Source: Paenibacillus sp. | GTDB taxonomy: Bacteria > Bacillota > Bacilli > Paenibacillales > Paenibacillaceae | Direction: 5' to 3' | DNA length: 64,000 nucleotides | Assembly (NCBI GenBank): GCA_036496075.1 | Contig: DASXLR010000149.1 | Coordinates: 9,877-73,876 of the forward strand | In this document: piece by piece, positions 17,849 through 28,800 of the stretch | Layout of the letters: each line of letters starts with the position of its first letter | Numbering within the stretch: the stretch's first letter is position 1 | Position numbers and translations under genes: made by a program | Notes under the pieces: generated by a model | What the model saw: only the letters and a program-made list of their open reading frames with translations | Told to the model about the DNA's origin: nothing | Database searches by the model: none

Positions 17849-18613
17849 TTGGCTTGGATTCAATGTCAATTCTACTCAGAAACATTAAGTTTATCTACAG
17901 GTATTAACGTTCTTATTCCTCAACATTCTGCGATTCAGGTCAGTGGTTCTGGTAAACTTCCAGTCCTGTATCTGTTGCATGGGTTGAGCGCTGATCATAC
18001 AGATTGGATAAGGCATTCTTTCATAGAACGTTATGCTGAGAATAAAGGAATAGCTGTGGTTATGCCAAGTGTTGGTCGTAGCTATTATACAGATATGAAA
18101 TATGGATCACCTTACTTTACTTTTATAAGCGAAGAACTACCCACTATTGTCCGTGCCCTATTTCCTATTTCTGACCGCAGGGAAGATACTTTTGTAGCAG
18201 GCATGTCGATGGGCGGGTATGGAGCATTCAAGTTAGGGCTTTCTTTCCCAGAACGTTATGCGGCGGCCGCAAGTCTGTCGGGAGGATTGGATATTGTCAG
18301 TCGTATGAGCGGTCCTAATAATCTCCAACCCCATGAATTGATCGCAACCTTTGGTGATGTGGCTCAATTGAAGGGGAGCGGCAATGACTTGTTCTATTTA
18401 TTGGATAAATTGAAGGCGTATGACGGAAATAAGCCCATGTTGTATCAATGCTGCGGAACAGAAGATTTTCTGTACCAAGATAATCAAACCTTCAGAAAAC
18501 ATGCGATAGATCTAGGGATAGAATTGACGTATGAAGAAGGATCTGGGGAGCATGATTGGGATTATTGGGACCCCAAGATGCAGCGTGTAATGGATTGGTT
18601 ACCGATATCATGA
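17849..18613 (+). CDS. Alpha/beta-hydrolase esterase (tributyrin/acetyl esterase family)
   Basis: LYLLHGLS, GMSMGG nucleophile elbow, CGTEDFL, GEHDW.YW. Confidence 0.9.
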   Translation: MAWIQCQFYSETLSLSTGINVLIPQHSAIQVSGSGKLPVLYLLHGLSADHTDWIRHSFIERYAENKGIAVVMPSVGRSYYTDMKYGSPYFTFISEELPTIVRALFPISDRREDTFVAGMSMGGYGAFKLGLSFPERYAAAASLSGGLDIVSRMSGPNNLQPHELIATFGDVAQLKGSGNDLFYLLDKLKAYDGNKPMLYQCCGTEDFLYQDNQTFRKHAIDLGIELTYEEGSGEHDWDYWDPKMQRVMDWLPIS

Positions 18614-18627
18614 ATTTAGTGTATTTG

Positions 18628-18649
18628 TAAATCGAAACGTTTCGATTTA
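18628..18649. promoter_or_regulatory. Second LacI operator
   Basis: Perfect palindrome TAAATCGAAACGTTTCGATTTA with the same core as 16732-16753. Confidence 0.85.
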
Positions 18650-18710
18650 TAATCGTTGAAGCATGAATAATGGTTGATGAATGATAAGAAGCAGATCGCT
18701 TTAATGGAGG

Positions 18711-20885
18711 ATGATGATCATGGATAATAAACAATTGATTGGATTACTAGAACAGATGACACTCGAGGAAAAAATAGCACAGATGCTGCAATTGGTGGTG
18801 TCTTATTTCGTAGGATCCGAAGAGGATGGTCAGATTACGGGACCGATGGAATCGCTTGGAATTACTGAAGAAACCGTGAATCAAGTCGGTTCTGTATTAG
18901 GACTTGGCGGGGCAGCTAAAGTGATTCAGGTGCAACAAACACATTTGAAGAATGACAGACTAGGTATTCCAATGATTTTTATGGCGGATATCATTCATGG
19001 CTACAAAACCATTTTTCCAATAACTCTAGCTATAGGCTGTTCTTGGGATCAGGAATTGGCAGAACAAAGCGCCGCCATCGCTGCAAAGGAATCCGCCGTA
19101 TCGGGTCTGCATGTTACGTTTGCACCTATGGTTGATCTTGTGCGTGATCCACGTTGGGGACGTGTGATGGAATCAACGGGGGAAGACCCATATTTAAATA
19201 GTTTGTTTGCTCGTTCATTTGTGCGTGGATTCCAAGGGGACGATTTAGCGAATGATGTCAGCCGTGTGGCTGCTTGTGTGAAGCATTTTGCAGCTTATGG
19301 TGCTGGAGAAGGTGGACGGGAATATAACACAGTCGATTTATCAGAGCGACAATTGAGAGAGTATTACTTACCCGCTTATAAGGCTGCCTTGGATGAGGGT
19401 TGTGAGCTAGTCATGACATCTTTTAATACCGTTCATGGTTCCCCGGCTACAGGAAATCGAGCTTTGATGCGTGATTTATTGCGAACGGAATTAGGTTTCG
19501 ATGGTGTACTTATCTCTGACTGGGGCGCGGTGATTGAGCTCATTGCTCACGGGGTTGCAGAAGATGAATCAGTAGCAGCATACCTAGCCGTTCAAGCTGG
19601 TGTCGATATCGAAATGATGACCTCATGTTATGTTAAGCATTTACCGGAACTTGTAAGAAGCGGCAAGGTGGATGAGTCTCTGATTGACGAAGCTGTGCTT
19701 CGTATATTGAATTTGAAGAATAAGCTGGGGCTATTCGAGAATCCGTTACGTGGAGCTGATCCGGAAGCAGAACGAGAGGTCGTATACTGTGATGAGCATA
19801 GAGCTGTATCACGTGAACTTGCATCTAAATCGTGTGTTCTTCTTAAAAATACAGGTGTTCTTCCACTTCAACCTGAGCAACAGATCGCTTTAATTGGTCC
19901 GTTCGCGCAGAGCCAAGATATTCTCGGTCCATGGTCTTGGCTGGGCGCTGAAGAGAATATTAAGCCTCTGAATAAGGCTATTCAGGAGAAAATCACATCC
20001 TCCAACGTGTTAGTTGCAGAGGGTTCAGGGATCGATACGATTACAGAGCAACAATGGCAAGAAGCATTAGAAATCGCTCGTCAATCGGATGTCATCGTTC
20101 TTGCTCTGGGTGAGAGCTCACCTATGAGCGGAGAAGGGGGAAGTCGTGCAGATATTCGTTTGCCGGAAGCACAACTTCAACTGATTGCTCACTTGCGAAC
20201 GTTGGATAAGCCTATGGTGGCTGTCTTGTTTAATGGACGTCCGCTAGATCTTCATGGTGTCCATGATCAGGTAGATGCTGTTCTGGAAGCATGGTTCCCT
20301 GGAAGTGAGGGAGCTAGCGCGATCACAGATATTTTATATGGTGACGTGAACCCATCAGGACGTCTATCGATGTCGTTCCCGCATGCTGTGGGACAAATAC
20401 CGGTATATTATAACCACTACAATACAGGGCGTCCGAAAAAAGAGTCCGAACCAGATAATCGCTACGCTTCGCAGTATCTAGATATCCCGAATGAGCCTTT
20501 ATTTCCATTTGGTTACGGGTTAAGTTACACGGAATTTAAATACGGTGAAATGGTACTCTCAGCAGAGGAAACGACGTTAGACTGTCCACTGCAGATCACA
20601 ACTACGATCACGAACACAGGCAATAGGGCGGGAGAAGAAGTCGTACAACTCTATATTCGTGATATCACAGGAGAGGTTGTTAGACCGATGAAGGAGTTAA
20701 AGGCTTACTCCAAGATTCTGTTGCAGCCTGGGGAGTGTCAAGAAGTCAGCTTTACAGTGACAGAGGAACAACTTCGGTATCATCATTCCGATTTAAGTTA
20801 CACAAGTGATGCTGGTGAATTTGCTGTGTTTGTAGGATCGAATAGTAGAGACGTGGCAGAGCGCAGATTTCGTCTTTTGAAATAA
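18711..20885 (+). CDS. GH3 beta-glucosidase (BglX type)
   Basis: RDPRWGR..ES.GEDP, KHFAAYG, ISDW, C-terminal FnIII-like EVVQLYIRD..RP.KELK. Confidence 0.93.
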   Translation: MMIMDNKQLIGLLEQMTLEEKIAQMLQLVVSYFVGSEEDGQITGPMESLGITEETVNQVGSVLGLGGAAKVIQVQQTHLKNDRLGIPMIFMADIIHGYKTIFPITLAIGCSWDQELAEQSAAIAAKESAVSGLHVTFAPMVDLVRDPRWGRVMESTGEDPYLNSLFARSFVRGFQGDDLANDVSRVAACVKHFAAYGAGEGGREYNTVDLSERQLREYYLPAYKAALDEGCELVMTSFNTVHGSPATGNRALMRDLLRTELGFDGVLISDWGAVIELIAHGVAEDESVAAYLAVQAGVDIEMMTSCYVKHLPELVRSGKVDESLIDEAVLRILNLKNKLGLFENPLRGADPEAEREVVYCDEHRAVSRELASKSCVLLKNTGVLPLQPEQQIALIGPFAQSQDILGPWSWLGAEENIKPLNKAIQEKITSSNVLVAEGSGIDTITEQQWQEALEIARQSDVIVLALGESSPMSGEGGSRADIRLPEAQLQLIAHLRTLDKPMVAVLFNGRPLDLHGVHDQVDAVLEAWFPGSEGASAITDILYGDVNPSGRLSMSFPHAVGQIPVYYNHYNTGRPKKESEPDNRYASQYLDIPNEPLFPFGYGLSYTEFKYGEMVLSAEETTLDCPLQITTTITNTGNRAGEEVVQLYIRDITGEVVRPMKELKAYSKILLQPGECQEVSFTVTEEQLRYHHSDLSYTSDAGEFAVFVGSNSRDVAERRFRLLK

Positions 20886-20942
20886 ACAAGAATATTAACG
20901 CATGACCAATTGGACATTACAGAGAGTAGGAGTGAGAAGACA

Positions 20943-23900
20943 ATGATAAAGAATAATGAACAGTTGCTTACTTTGGAAGCGGGAAGTTTAACGTTTAGAT
21001 TTTTGCCGAGTGGAGATTTATTTCAGGCTACTTATGGTGGAACGATGATTAATCAATGGTTGTCCAATTCAATCGATGGATCACTTAATAATATATATCT
21101 ACGAGTACATGACGCAGAAGGTATTCAAGCCTATCCCTTGCTCGGTGTTAAATCTCAAAGTCGGGTTCGTAAGTTAGATCATGGACTTGTATATGAAGGC
21201 GTAGTAGCAGGTGTCCGTTATCAAGTGTTGTTCACACCGACGGAGCAGGGCATATGGTTCTGGGATGTAAAAGTGGAGGGGCAGCATAAACAGGTAGACT
21301 TGATTTATGGACAAGATCTTGGGATCGCTGATCCAGGTACTGTTCGTAGTAATGAAGCTTATTTATCTCAATATATTGATCATGCTGTATTTGAAGACGA
21401 TCGTCATGGATATGTTGTATGTTCTCGGCAGAATCAGCCGCAAGGCGGAGTCTTCCCATACATTCAACAGGGGTCTTTGACCAAAGCTGCTTCATATTCG
21501 ACAGATGGCTTTCAATTCTATGGTTTGTCATACAGAGAAACGAATGAACCCGCTTGTTTAACGCAAGACACACTAGCTAACGAAGTCTATCAATATGAAT
21601 TTGCCTATACAGCCTTACAATCGGAACGTATCCAGCTAGATGGAGAAGCTAGATTCGTATTCTACGGACTATGTAAGGATGACCATCCTAGCGCGATATC
21701 TACCCTAGAGTTCGGTGAAGAAGTATTACAAGCTCGTAAAGTAGTGGACACGCTAAGCTTCGAGGGAGGAGAACTTCTGGAACGGGTCTCTCTATTACCT
21801 TCCATAGGGACTCCGTTGCATACGGAGGTTATGAGTGAGACGGAGATCAACCGTTTATTCCCTAATCGTCAGCAGGAGGAAGTGGCAGGAGACGACTTGC
21901 TAGCTTTTTTCACGGATCGTTATGAGCATGTGGTTCTGAAGGAAAAAGAGCTAAGAGTAGAGCGTCCTCATGGACATATTCTAATGAGCGGCGATAATGT
22001 GAGCCTGGAAAATCCAGTCATGACGACAACTTCTTATATGTACGGTATCTTTAACTCTCAGCTTGTGGTGGGAAATACTAATTTTAATAAAATGACGACA
22101 AATGCGAGAAACGCACTGAATGTGCCCAAAACATCGGGTCAGCGGATCTATGTGGAGATAGAGGGTGTGTATCGACTATTGATGATGCCATCACTATTCG
22201 AGATGGGCTTTAACTATGTACGTTGGTATTATAAAACGCAAGATGATCTACTGATCATCACCAACTTTACGACAGTAGATACGCCAGAGGTACGATTGAA
22301 TGTACGCTCAGAACGTGGCATATCCTATCGTTTCCTAGTGAGTAATCAGGTGACGATGAATGTTAATGAATATGAGACTCCTTATCACATGCGTGACCAT
22401 GGCGAATATCTGTCATTTCATGCAGACTCAGCAGCGCTAAGTGCTAATATCTATCCAGAGTTGGAGTATCGGCTTCATGTTACAGGAACGAGCATGACGG
22501 TTTCAGACGAGCGTAAGCTTGTAAGCCATGTCGACCCAGGAGAAGCTTCACTGACTGTGTTGGAGCTCGATGCCAGCAGCGAATGGACGATGACTTTCCA
22601 AGGACTGCTGAATGGTGGAGAACTGCCTTTAGTGGAGCGACAGGCTGAAGAAGAAATAGAGCGTTACCGGGAATTTTTCCGCTCTGTGATGAATGGATTT
22701 CATTTGTCGGCAGGGAATGGTAATGACGCGGAACTATTTAAGGTGAATGGACTCGCTTGGTGGTATACGCATAATATGCTTGTCCACTACTCCGTACCGC
22801 ATGGTCTAGAACAATACGGTGGAGCTGCTTGGGGGACACGTGACGTCTGTCAGGGGCCTGTTGAATATTTCATGGCGACTCATAAGTATGATCAGGTACG
22901 TGCCACAGTATTAAATATATATTCTCATCAGTTTGAAGAGGATGGCAATTGGCCGCAGTGGTTCATGTTCGATAAATATACGAAGGTTCAACAGGAAGAG
23001 AGCCACGGTGACATTATCGTATGGCCGCTGAAGGTGCTTGGCGATTATTTGAATGTTACTCGCGATTACAGCATTTTGGAACAACAAGTTCCCTATACCA
23101 GCAAACATAGCTTTGATTTCACAACGGAAACGGCGACAGTATTAGAGCATGCTTATAAGGAAATTGATTATATCAAGAATCATTTCCTACATGGCACGCA
23201 CTTATCTTCATATGGAGACGGCGACTGGGACGATACCCTTCAGCCAGCCAATGCTCAATTGAAGCAATATATGGTCAGTAGTTGGACTGTCGCTCTAACC
23301 TATCAGACGTTGAACCAATTCTCACGAGTGATGGAAGTTGTTGATCCAACTACAGCGGCAAGCTTACGGAGTCTGGCTGATGGAATCCAAAGTGATTTCA
23401 ACCGCTACATGCTACAAACTGAAGTTATTCCGGGTTTCTTGTATATGGAGAATCCTGAACAGGTGAAATTGATGGTTCATCCAAGTGATACCGAGACGGG
23501 TATTCAATATCGATTGTTACCGATGACGCGCAGTATGATTAGTGAACTCTTAACACCTGAGCAAGCAGCGACGCATTATGACATCATTCGTGAACAATTG
23601 TTCTGTCCAGATGGTGTACGCTTAATGAACCGACCTGCACAATACGTTGGGGGCGTAAGCACCCACTTTAAACGTGCTGAGCAAGCATCGAACTTCGGAC
23701 GTGAAGTTGGACTGCAATATGTACATGCCCATATTCGTTATGTAGAGGCTATGGCTAAGCTCGGTAAAGAAGAAGAAGTATGGAGCGGGCTTGCGCGCAT
23801 CAATCCAATTGGAATCCAAGATGTCGTTCCTAATGCCGAAATACGTCAAAGTAACGCGTACTTTAGTAGCTCCGATGGTAAATTCAACACTCGTTATGAA

Positions 23901-24287
23901 GCGCAGGATGGATTTGATCAATTGCGTAGCGGGCAGGTACCGGTGAAAGGTGGCTGGAAAATTTATTCTAGTGGACCGGGGATCTATATGAACCAATTGA
24001 TCTCTAACGCTCTAGGTATTCGCCAAGAGGCAGGCAACCTGATCATTGATCCCGTGCTACCGCAGACGTTAGATGGTCTACGTTTCGACTTCGAATATGC
24101 AGGAGCTCCAGTGCAATTTGTGTATCATTTAACTAGCGGTGAAAATCGTGTCAGTGTAAATGGTCATGATGTTGCAACGGAGACCACGACGAATCGTTAC
24201 CGTACCGGTGGGTTACGGATAGATCGACAAGAGTTCGATCGTGTACGTTCAGCGGGAACGAACATTGTAGAAATTTATATAGGCTAG
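20943..24287 (+). CDS. GH94 1,2-beta-oligoglucan phosphorylase
   Basis: PHGLEQYGGAAWGTRDVCQGP, YGDGDWDDTLQP, GLQYVHAHIRY, GGWKIYSSGPG, characteristic of the Listeria SOGP-type enzyme. Confidence 0.88.
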   Translation: MIKNNEQLLTLEAGSLTFRFLPSGDLFQATYGGTMINQWLSNSIDGSLNNIYLRVHDAEGIQAYPLLGVKSQSRVRKLDHGLVYEGVVAGVRYQVLFTPTEQGIWFWDVKVEGQHKQVDLIYGQDLGIADPGTVRSNEAYLSQYIDHAVFEDDRHGYVVCSRQNQPQGGVFPYIQQGSLTKAASYSTDGFQFYGLSYRETNEPACLTQDTLANEVYQYEFAYTALQSERIQLDGEARFVFYGLCKDDHPSAISTLEFGEEVLQARKVVDTLSFEGGELLERVSLLPSIGTPLHTEVMSETEINRLFPNRQQEEVAGDDLLAFFTDRYEHVVLKEKELRVERPHGHILMSGDNVSLENPVMTTTSYMYGIFNSQLVVGNTNFNKMTTNARNALNVPKTSGQRIYVEIEGVYRLLMMPSLFEMGFNYVRWYYKTQDDLLIITNFTTVDTPEVRLNVRSERGISYRFLVSNQVTMNVNEYETPYHMRDHGEYLSFHADSAALSANIYPELEYRLHVTGTSMTVSDERKLVSHVDPGEASLTVLELDASSEWTMTFQGLLNGGELPLVERQAEEEIERYREFFRSVMNGFHLSAGNGNDAELFKVNGLAWWYTHNMLVHYSVPHGLEQYGGAAWGTRDVCQGPVEYFMATHKYDQVRATVLNIYSHQFEEDGNWPQWFMFDKYTKVQQEESHGDIIVWPLKVLGDYLNVTRDYSILEQQVPYTSKHSFDFTTETATVLEHAYKEIDYIKNHFLHGTHLSSYGDGDWDDTLQPANAQLKQYMVSSWTVALTYQTLNQFSRVMEVVDPTTAASLRSLADGIQSDFNRYMLQTEVIPGFLYMENPEQVKLMVHPSDTETGIQYRLLPMTRSMISELLTPEQAATHYDIIREQLFCPDGVRLMNRPAQYVGGVSTHFKRAEQASNFGREVGLQYVHAHIRYVEAMAKLGKEEEVWSGLARINPIGIQDVVPNAEIRQSNAYFSSSDGKFNTRYEAQDGFDQLRSGQVPVKGGWKIYSSGPGIYMNQLISNALGIRQEAGNLIIDPVLPQTLDGLRFDFEYAGAPVQFVYHLTSGENRVSVNGHDVATETTTNRYRTGGLRIDRQEFDRVRSAGTNIVEIYIG

Positions 24288-24304
24288 GCTGAGCATCCGA
24301 ATCA

Positions 24305-24385
24305 AAAGTGCACCCCTTAGAATAGACATTGGAGAACCCTTTGATGGTTAATCCAATGAATCATTCTAGGGGGTGTTTTTTTATG
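24305..24385 (+). mobile_element. IS3/IS150-like left-end remnant forming a long hairpin (likely terminator)
   Basis: AAGTGCACCCCTTAGAATAGACA...ATTCTAGGGGGTGTTTTTTTATG; no transposase follows. Confidence 0.45.
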
Positions 24386-25110
24386 CCTGTGCCTCTTCTG
24401 CAGTAACGATGTCCTCTCATAGAGGTCTGATCACGGCAGCTCTATGAGGTGGGGTTACCATTGGGCTAGCTTGGAGTCGGATTTTATTTTGCTGCTATAA
24501 CCGCAACAAGTCTGGTATTAATTATTTCATGGATTTTCAACAAATTAGCACGACGTTTTCTGTAGAGCAAACAGATCCGGCGACTCACCATTCAAGCTAT
24601 TGTAGTTCCGAGATCATTGGAACCGGATATGATGATCACAGAAATAAGCAAAGTAGACGGCGTGCAGGCCATGTCCGTTGAATAATAGTATTCACAAAGA
24701 AGTAGAACGTAACACAGCATATACGCCGGCCGGAATCTCCATTGGGGGAGTTTCTCCGATCGGCTGTTTATTATCTACTTAAAGGAGACAATGCCTCGTA
24801 TATGTAACGCATAGGGAAAGCGAAGATTTTTAATATGTCGTGATATTGAATCATTCATAGGGTGGAGAAATCATACTGAATGGTATGACGGAATACTAAA
24901 GAGTATGTATATTTATATCCTCATAACAGTGGAAGTATTTCATAAATACAACATAGTTTGTTAAATAAAATAATTCCAACAGATTAAGAGTGAAAGGTAA
25001 AACAATGTACAACAAAATTTGAGATTGCTTTAATTAATGTTAAAAAGTATGCTAGCAAAGATATTGTTTTTTGGATATTAGTGGAATACTAAACCCATCT
25101 AGGAGGAGTA

Positions 25111-27006
25111 TTGTTGAAAAGCCTAAAAAAAATTTTTGCATTAATTTTGGTCCTTTCTATCTTGATCGGTAATCTGAACTTGTCATGTAGTTTTGCAGCA
25201 GAGAGCAGTGAGAACAATCAGGTTAACGGAAGTAAACTGGGAGGAAAACTTCTGGTGCGGTTCAAAAGTGATTATCAAGTAAATATTCCAAGTGTAAATG
25301 AGGATGAAGTAAACCAGTTACTTACTATTCCCATTATTGCTTCTATTGAAGAAGACAAGATTAAAGCTCCTACAGGACTGGAAGTGGTTACTTACGCGAA
25401 CAGTATAAAAATATCTTGGGATGCTATGCCAAATGTAACTTCCTATTTGATGCGTATTAATGGGAAGGAAGTTGGAAGCTCTAATACAGTAACGTATACA
25501 TTTACCAACTTGGAAGCATTAACTGGATATAAATTAGAAGTTGCTGCAGTTTATGCGGGTGGTAAAAGTGGTTATGCTTCGATTCAAGCTTCCACAACGA
25601 TACCGGAATTAATTATATATAAGCCTCAAGATATAGATCAGATTGCAGGTGAATTCCAATTACATAGTTTCAAACCTGCAACTACTGGCATCTATCGTAT
25701 ATATACAGGTCCCTATCAAGGATCTGGGGGAAGCGTTGATACAGAGCTTGGAATCTATTCTAGTGTCCAACTGACTCAGGAAATTGCTGGTAACGATGAT
25801 GCTAACGATACAACATTTTCTGAAGTGAAGGTTAGTTTGGTAGGGGGAAGGACTTACTACGTTAAGGTTAGTGGCTTTGATACTACCTCTTTACGTGCAC
25901 GGATAACTGCCGAGGTTAGTAGTTCTACTATTCCTTACACCTATTTGGGTGAACCGAAAGATATTAATGAACAAACTGGGAGCAGTAATGTTTATGTATT
26001 CGTTCCTGTAGATACCGGAAAATTTAGAGTGGGGACGAGTCGATACAACGGAAGTTCAAATTCTAAATTAAATGATACAGAGCTCACTATTTTTTCTGAT
26101 GCGGATATGTTGACACCTATTACCAATGGTTACAATGACGATAAGGGAGACTCTACCTTTTCAGAAGTCGTTGTCAATCTGAGTGCAGGGACACCGTATT
26201 ATGTGCGTGTAAATGAAGTGAATAAGGGAAAAGTATATGCACGTTTGTCGGTGACACCAGCCGGTCAGACTACATTTAATCCGCTGAAATTAGGGGTTCC
26301 TGTTAATCTTTCCAAGCCTAGTGGAGAAGCGGCATACCTGCGATTCACACCGTCATCCACAGGTAAGTACCGTTTTTTTACCGCTTACCATAACGGCTCG
26401 TCTCAATTGAATGATACGAACATCGATTTATATGCCGATCCTGAATTGAAAAGTCTCATAGATTCTAATGATGATGTCAAAGATTACAGACCTTATGGAG
26501 AGTTATTTTCCAAGCTTGAAGTAAATTTAACCGCAGGACAAACCTATTATCTCGTTGTTAGTAGTTTGGGATCCATGAAAGGACTTCAGGCACAGCTTAC
26601 GGTTGAGAGTTTTGATCACTCGAGCCGTAGTTCTGCACAGAAAATACCCTTCGGAGAACTTGTTACATCAGATAATGCTGGTAACCCTTTAGAAATTACA
26701 TCCTTATATGATGTGGATTATTATCGAATTAAATTAACAAAGCCTGAACAAGTGAGTTTTTATATCTCTGAGGGAAAAGGTGCTCTTGAAGATGCCAAGG
26801 GCAATCTAAGGGGTTATATAGGATTAGATGGAGAAGGTGCCTTTGAACTCGATGCAGGTATATATTATTTGAGAATTGAAAATAGCCCTCTCCATACGAA
26901 TAGACAAGTGCCAGTTTGGAAATTTGTGAAATATTCATATGAATTTTCAGTTGATATAAATAGAATCGAATACCATCATGGTAATTACGGAGAGATTTCC
27001 ATGTAA
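25111..27006 (+). CDS. Secreted protein with FN3 and three PPC-like beta-sandwich repeats; probably a deletion derivative
   Basis: Signal peptide; APTGL..SIKISW...Y..Y.F.NL...T.Y.LEVAA; three DT.L.IY....NDD...FS.....L..G.TYY..V repeats. Confidence 0.7.
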   Translation: MLKSLKKIFALILVLSILIGNLNLSCSFAAESSENNQVNGSKLGGKLLVRFKSDYQVNIPSVNEDEVNQLLTIPIIASIEEDKIKAPTGLEVVTYANSIKISWDAMPNVTSYLMRINGKEVGSSNTVTYTFTNLEALTGYKLEVAAVYAGGKSGYASIQASTTIPELIIYKPQDIDQIAGEFQLHSFKPATTGIYRIYTGPYQGSGGSVDTELGIYSSVQLTQEIAGNDDANDTTFSEVKVSLVGGRTYYVKVSGFDTTSLRARITAEVSSSTIPYTYLGEPKDINEQTGSSNVYVFVPVDTGKFRVGTSRYNGSSNSKLNDTELTIFSDADMLTPITNGYNDDKGDSTFSEVVVNLSAGTPYYVRVNEVNKGKVYARLSVTPAGQTTFNPLKLGVPVNLSKPSGEAAYLRFTPSSTGKYRFFTAYHNGSSQLNDTNIDLYADPELKSLIDSNDDVKDYRPYGELFSKLEVNLTAGQTYYLVVSSLGSMKGLQAQLTVESFDHSSRSSAQKIPFGELVTSDNAGNPLEITSLYDVDYYRIKLTKPEQVSFYISEGKGALEDAKGNLRGYIGLDGEGAFELDAGIYYLRIENSPLHTNRQVPVWKFVKYSYEFSVDINRIEYHHGNYGEISM

Positions 27007-27119
27007 CTTTGCAAACAAGAACAGGTGGCAGTTAAATGGACGGAAGAATTTAATAGTTGCTTGGCGTTCAAATGAAGTAGAAACGTCGGAAATTTGAACT
27101 TTGATTTTGGAGGGTAAAT

Positions 27120-28625
27120 ATGAGTTGCTTGAAACGTAATTGTGCCGCTTTAATAGCCATCGTGTTACTATTTATTATTCTCTCCCCTTTAGGAGGGGGA
27201 GAATGGAAGGTATACGCCGCAGAAAGTATCGGTGCACCCATCACGACGCATCAATTAATAGGAAATAGAAATGCGAACGGAATTTATTATGGAAATGTTG
27301 AATTACAACTAACGGTACAAGATACAGGCTCAGGTATATCTATGACTCAATACAGTCTGAATGATGGTGGGACTTGGACGACGTATAGCCAACCCATCAT
27401 GCTTTCTGACAAGAAAGTATATCATCTTATGTATCGATCTATAAGTAGCAGTAATAACGTTGAAACACCAAGGGAGGTCAATTTTACAATCAAAAAAGAT
27501 ATGTATCCTCCTGAAACGGCTATTGAAGTTACAGGAACAGAAGGGGAAAACTCTTATTACATTAGTTCGGTTTCAATTCAGTTAAATGGAACTGATGCAC
27601 ATTCTGCAGTTGATTATTCGGAGTATAGTCTTGATGCTGGTCAAACATGGAATCGCTATATCCATCCCATTACAATGAATAAACGAAAAACGATAATTTA
27701 CTATCGTTCCCGAGATGTTGAGGGCAATGTTGAGAAAGCCAAGAAAACTAAAATCAATATAGACTTAACTGCTCCAACAGCGCCAGATGTTAGAATTGTT
27801 CTGACAGAATGGAGCAATCCTACCCCTACGGTAACTATTCAAGATGGAGTTGATGATCAAAGCGGCATTATGAAATCACAATATCGTTTAGAAGACACAG
27901 GTTCATGGATAGATTACTCAGGACCAGTAGCCATCAGTGACGATGGATTCAAAAACATCTCTGCCCGTACAATTGATAATGCAGGTAATATTAGTGATCA
28001 ATACCAATACGCACTACAATTAGATAAAATTACAACAACAGTGCGTACGAGTAATTCAGACTGGACTAATGATATAGTCTATGTAGGTATTAATGGTGGG
28101 AAAGATAACGATAGCTCGTTTCGAGTATACTATTGTAAAAAAGGGAGCAACGCGAAATGGGTGAATTCGAATTGTCAACTTTTTTTGGTTGAGGATGAAG
28201 GGATTACAACTATTTCTGCCCGAACAGTGGATTCGGCGAGGAATGTTAGTTTACCGATAGAAACACAGGTGAAAATTGATCTTACACCACCTTCTATTCC
28301 AGAGAATATCTTCAAAGTCAATCAACTAGGCACCATGGCATTAATAAGGTGGACACCTAGCCATGATAACCTTTCGGGTATTAGTGAATACAAAGTGTAC
28401 AACGGTAAGACATTACTTGGGAAAACTAAGAATAATAAATTTCAGTTAACTAACTTGACTCTCAATAAGAATCAGTCGATTACAGTTGTGGCTGTAGACA
28501 AAGCAGGAAACTATTCAGAACATAGCAAACCTATTACCTTTGTTAATAAAGAATTGCAGTCTCAGGATATCGAGATCATAATTTTGCTTGGAATCAGGCT
28601 AGCAAGACTGGGGATGGGATTATAA
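27120..28625 (+). CDS. Secreted Ig-like (OmpL47-type) repeat and FN3 protein
   Basis: Signal peptide; repeated D..SG....YSL..G..W..Y..PI....YRS.D..GN.E; C-terminal FN3. Confidence 0.75.
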   Translation: MSCLKRNCAALIAIVLLFIILSPLGGGEWKVYAAESIGAPITTHQLIGNRNANGIYYGNVELQLTVQDTGSGISMTQYSLNDGGTWTTYSQPIMLSDKKVYHLMYRSISSSNNVETPREVNFTIKKDMYPPETAIEVTGTEGENSYYISSVSIQLNGTDAHSAVDYSEYSLDAGQTWNRYIHPITMNKRKTIIYYRSRDVEGNVEKAKKTKINIDLTAPTAPDVRIVLTEWSNPTPTVTIQDGVDDQSGIMKSQYRLEDTGSWIDYSGPVAISDDGFKNISARTIDNAGNISDQYQYALQLDKITTTVRTSNSDWTNDIVYVGINGGKDNDSSFRVYYCKKGSNAKWVNSNCQLFLVEDEGITTISARTVDSARNVSLPIETQVKIDLTPPSIPENIFKVNQLGTMALIRWTPSHDNLSGISEYKVYNGKTLLGKTKNNKFQLTNLTLNKNQSITVVAVDKAGNYSEHSKPITFVNKELQSQDIEIIILLGIRLARLGMGL

Positions 28626-28762
28626 TTATTATGGTCAGCTTGGTGATGGAACGAACACCAATCGTTCATCCCAATTTAAGTTAGTTCCTTATCAGGAATT
28701 AATCAAATAACTATAGGAATGTTCTGGATGTTATATAATTATGTTAGTTATCGTAGAAATGT

Positions 28763-28800
28763 GGGAGTTCTCCGTAATAAATGGAGGACTCCTTTTTCTT
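28763..28800 (+). terminator. Terminator
   Basis: GGAGTTCTCC..GGAGGACTCC plus U-tract. Confidence 0.6.

Noticed and set aside
24611-24685. Response-regulator receiver fragment (LEPDMMITEISKVDG)
   Set aside because: Too short to support beyond a resemblance
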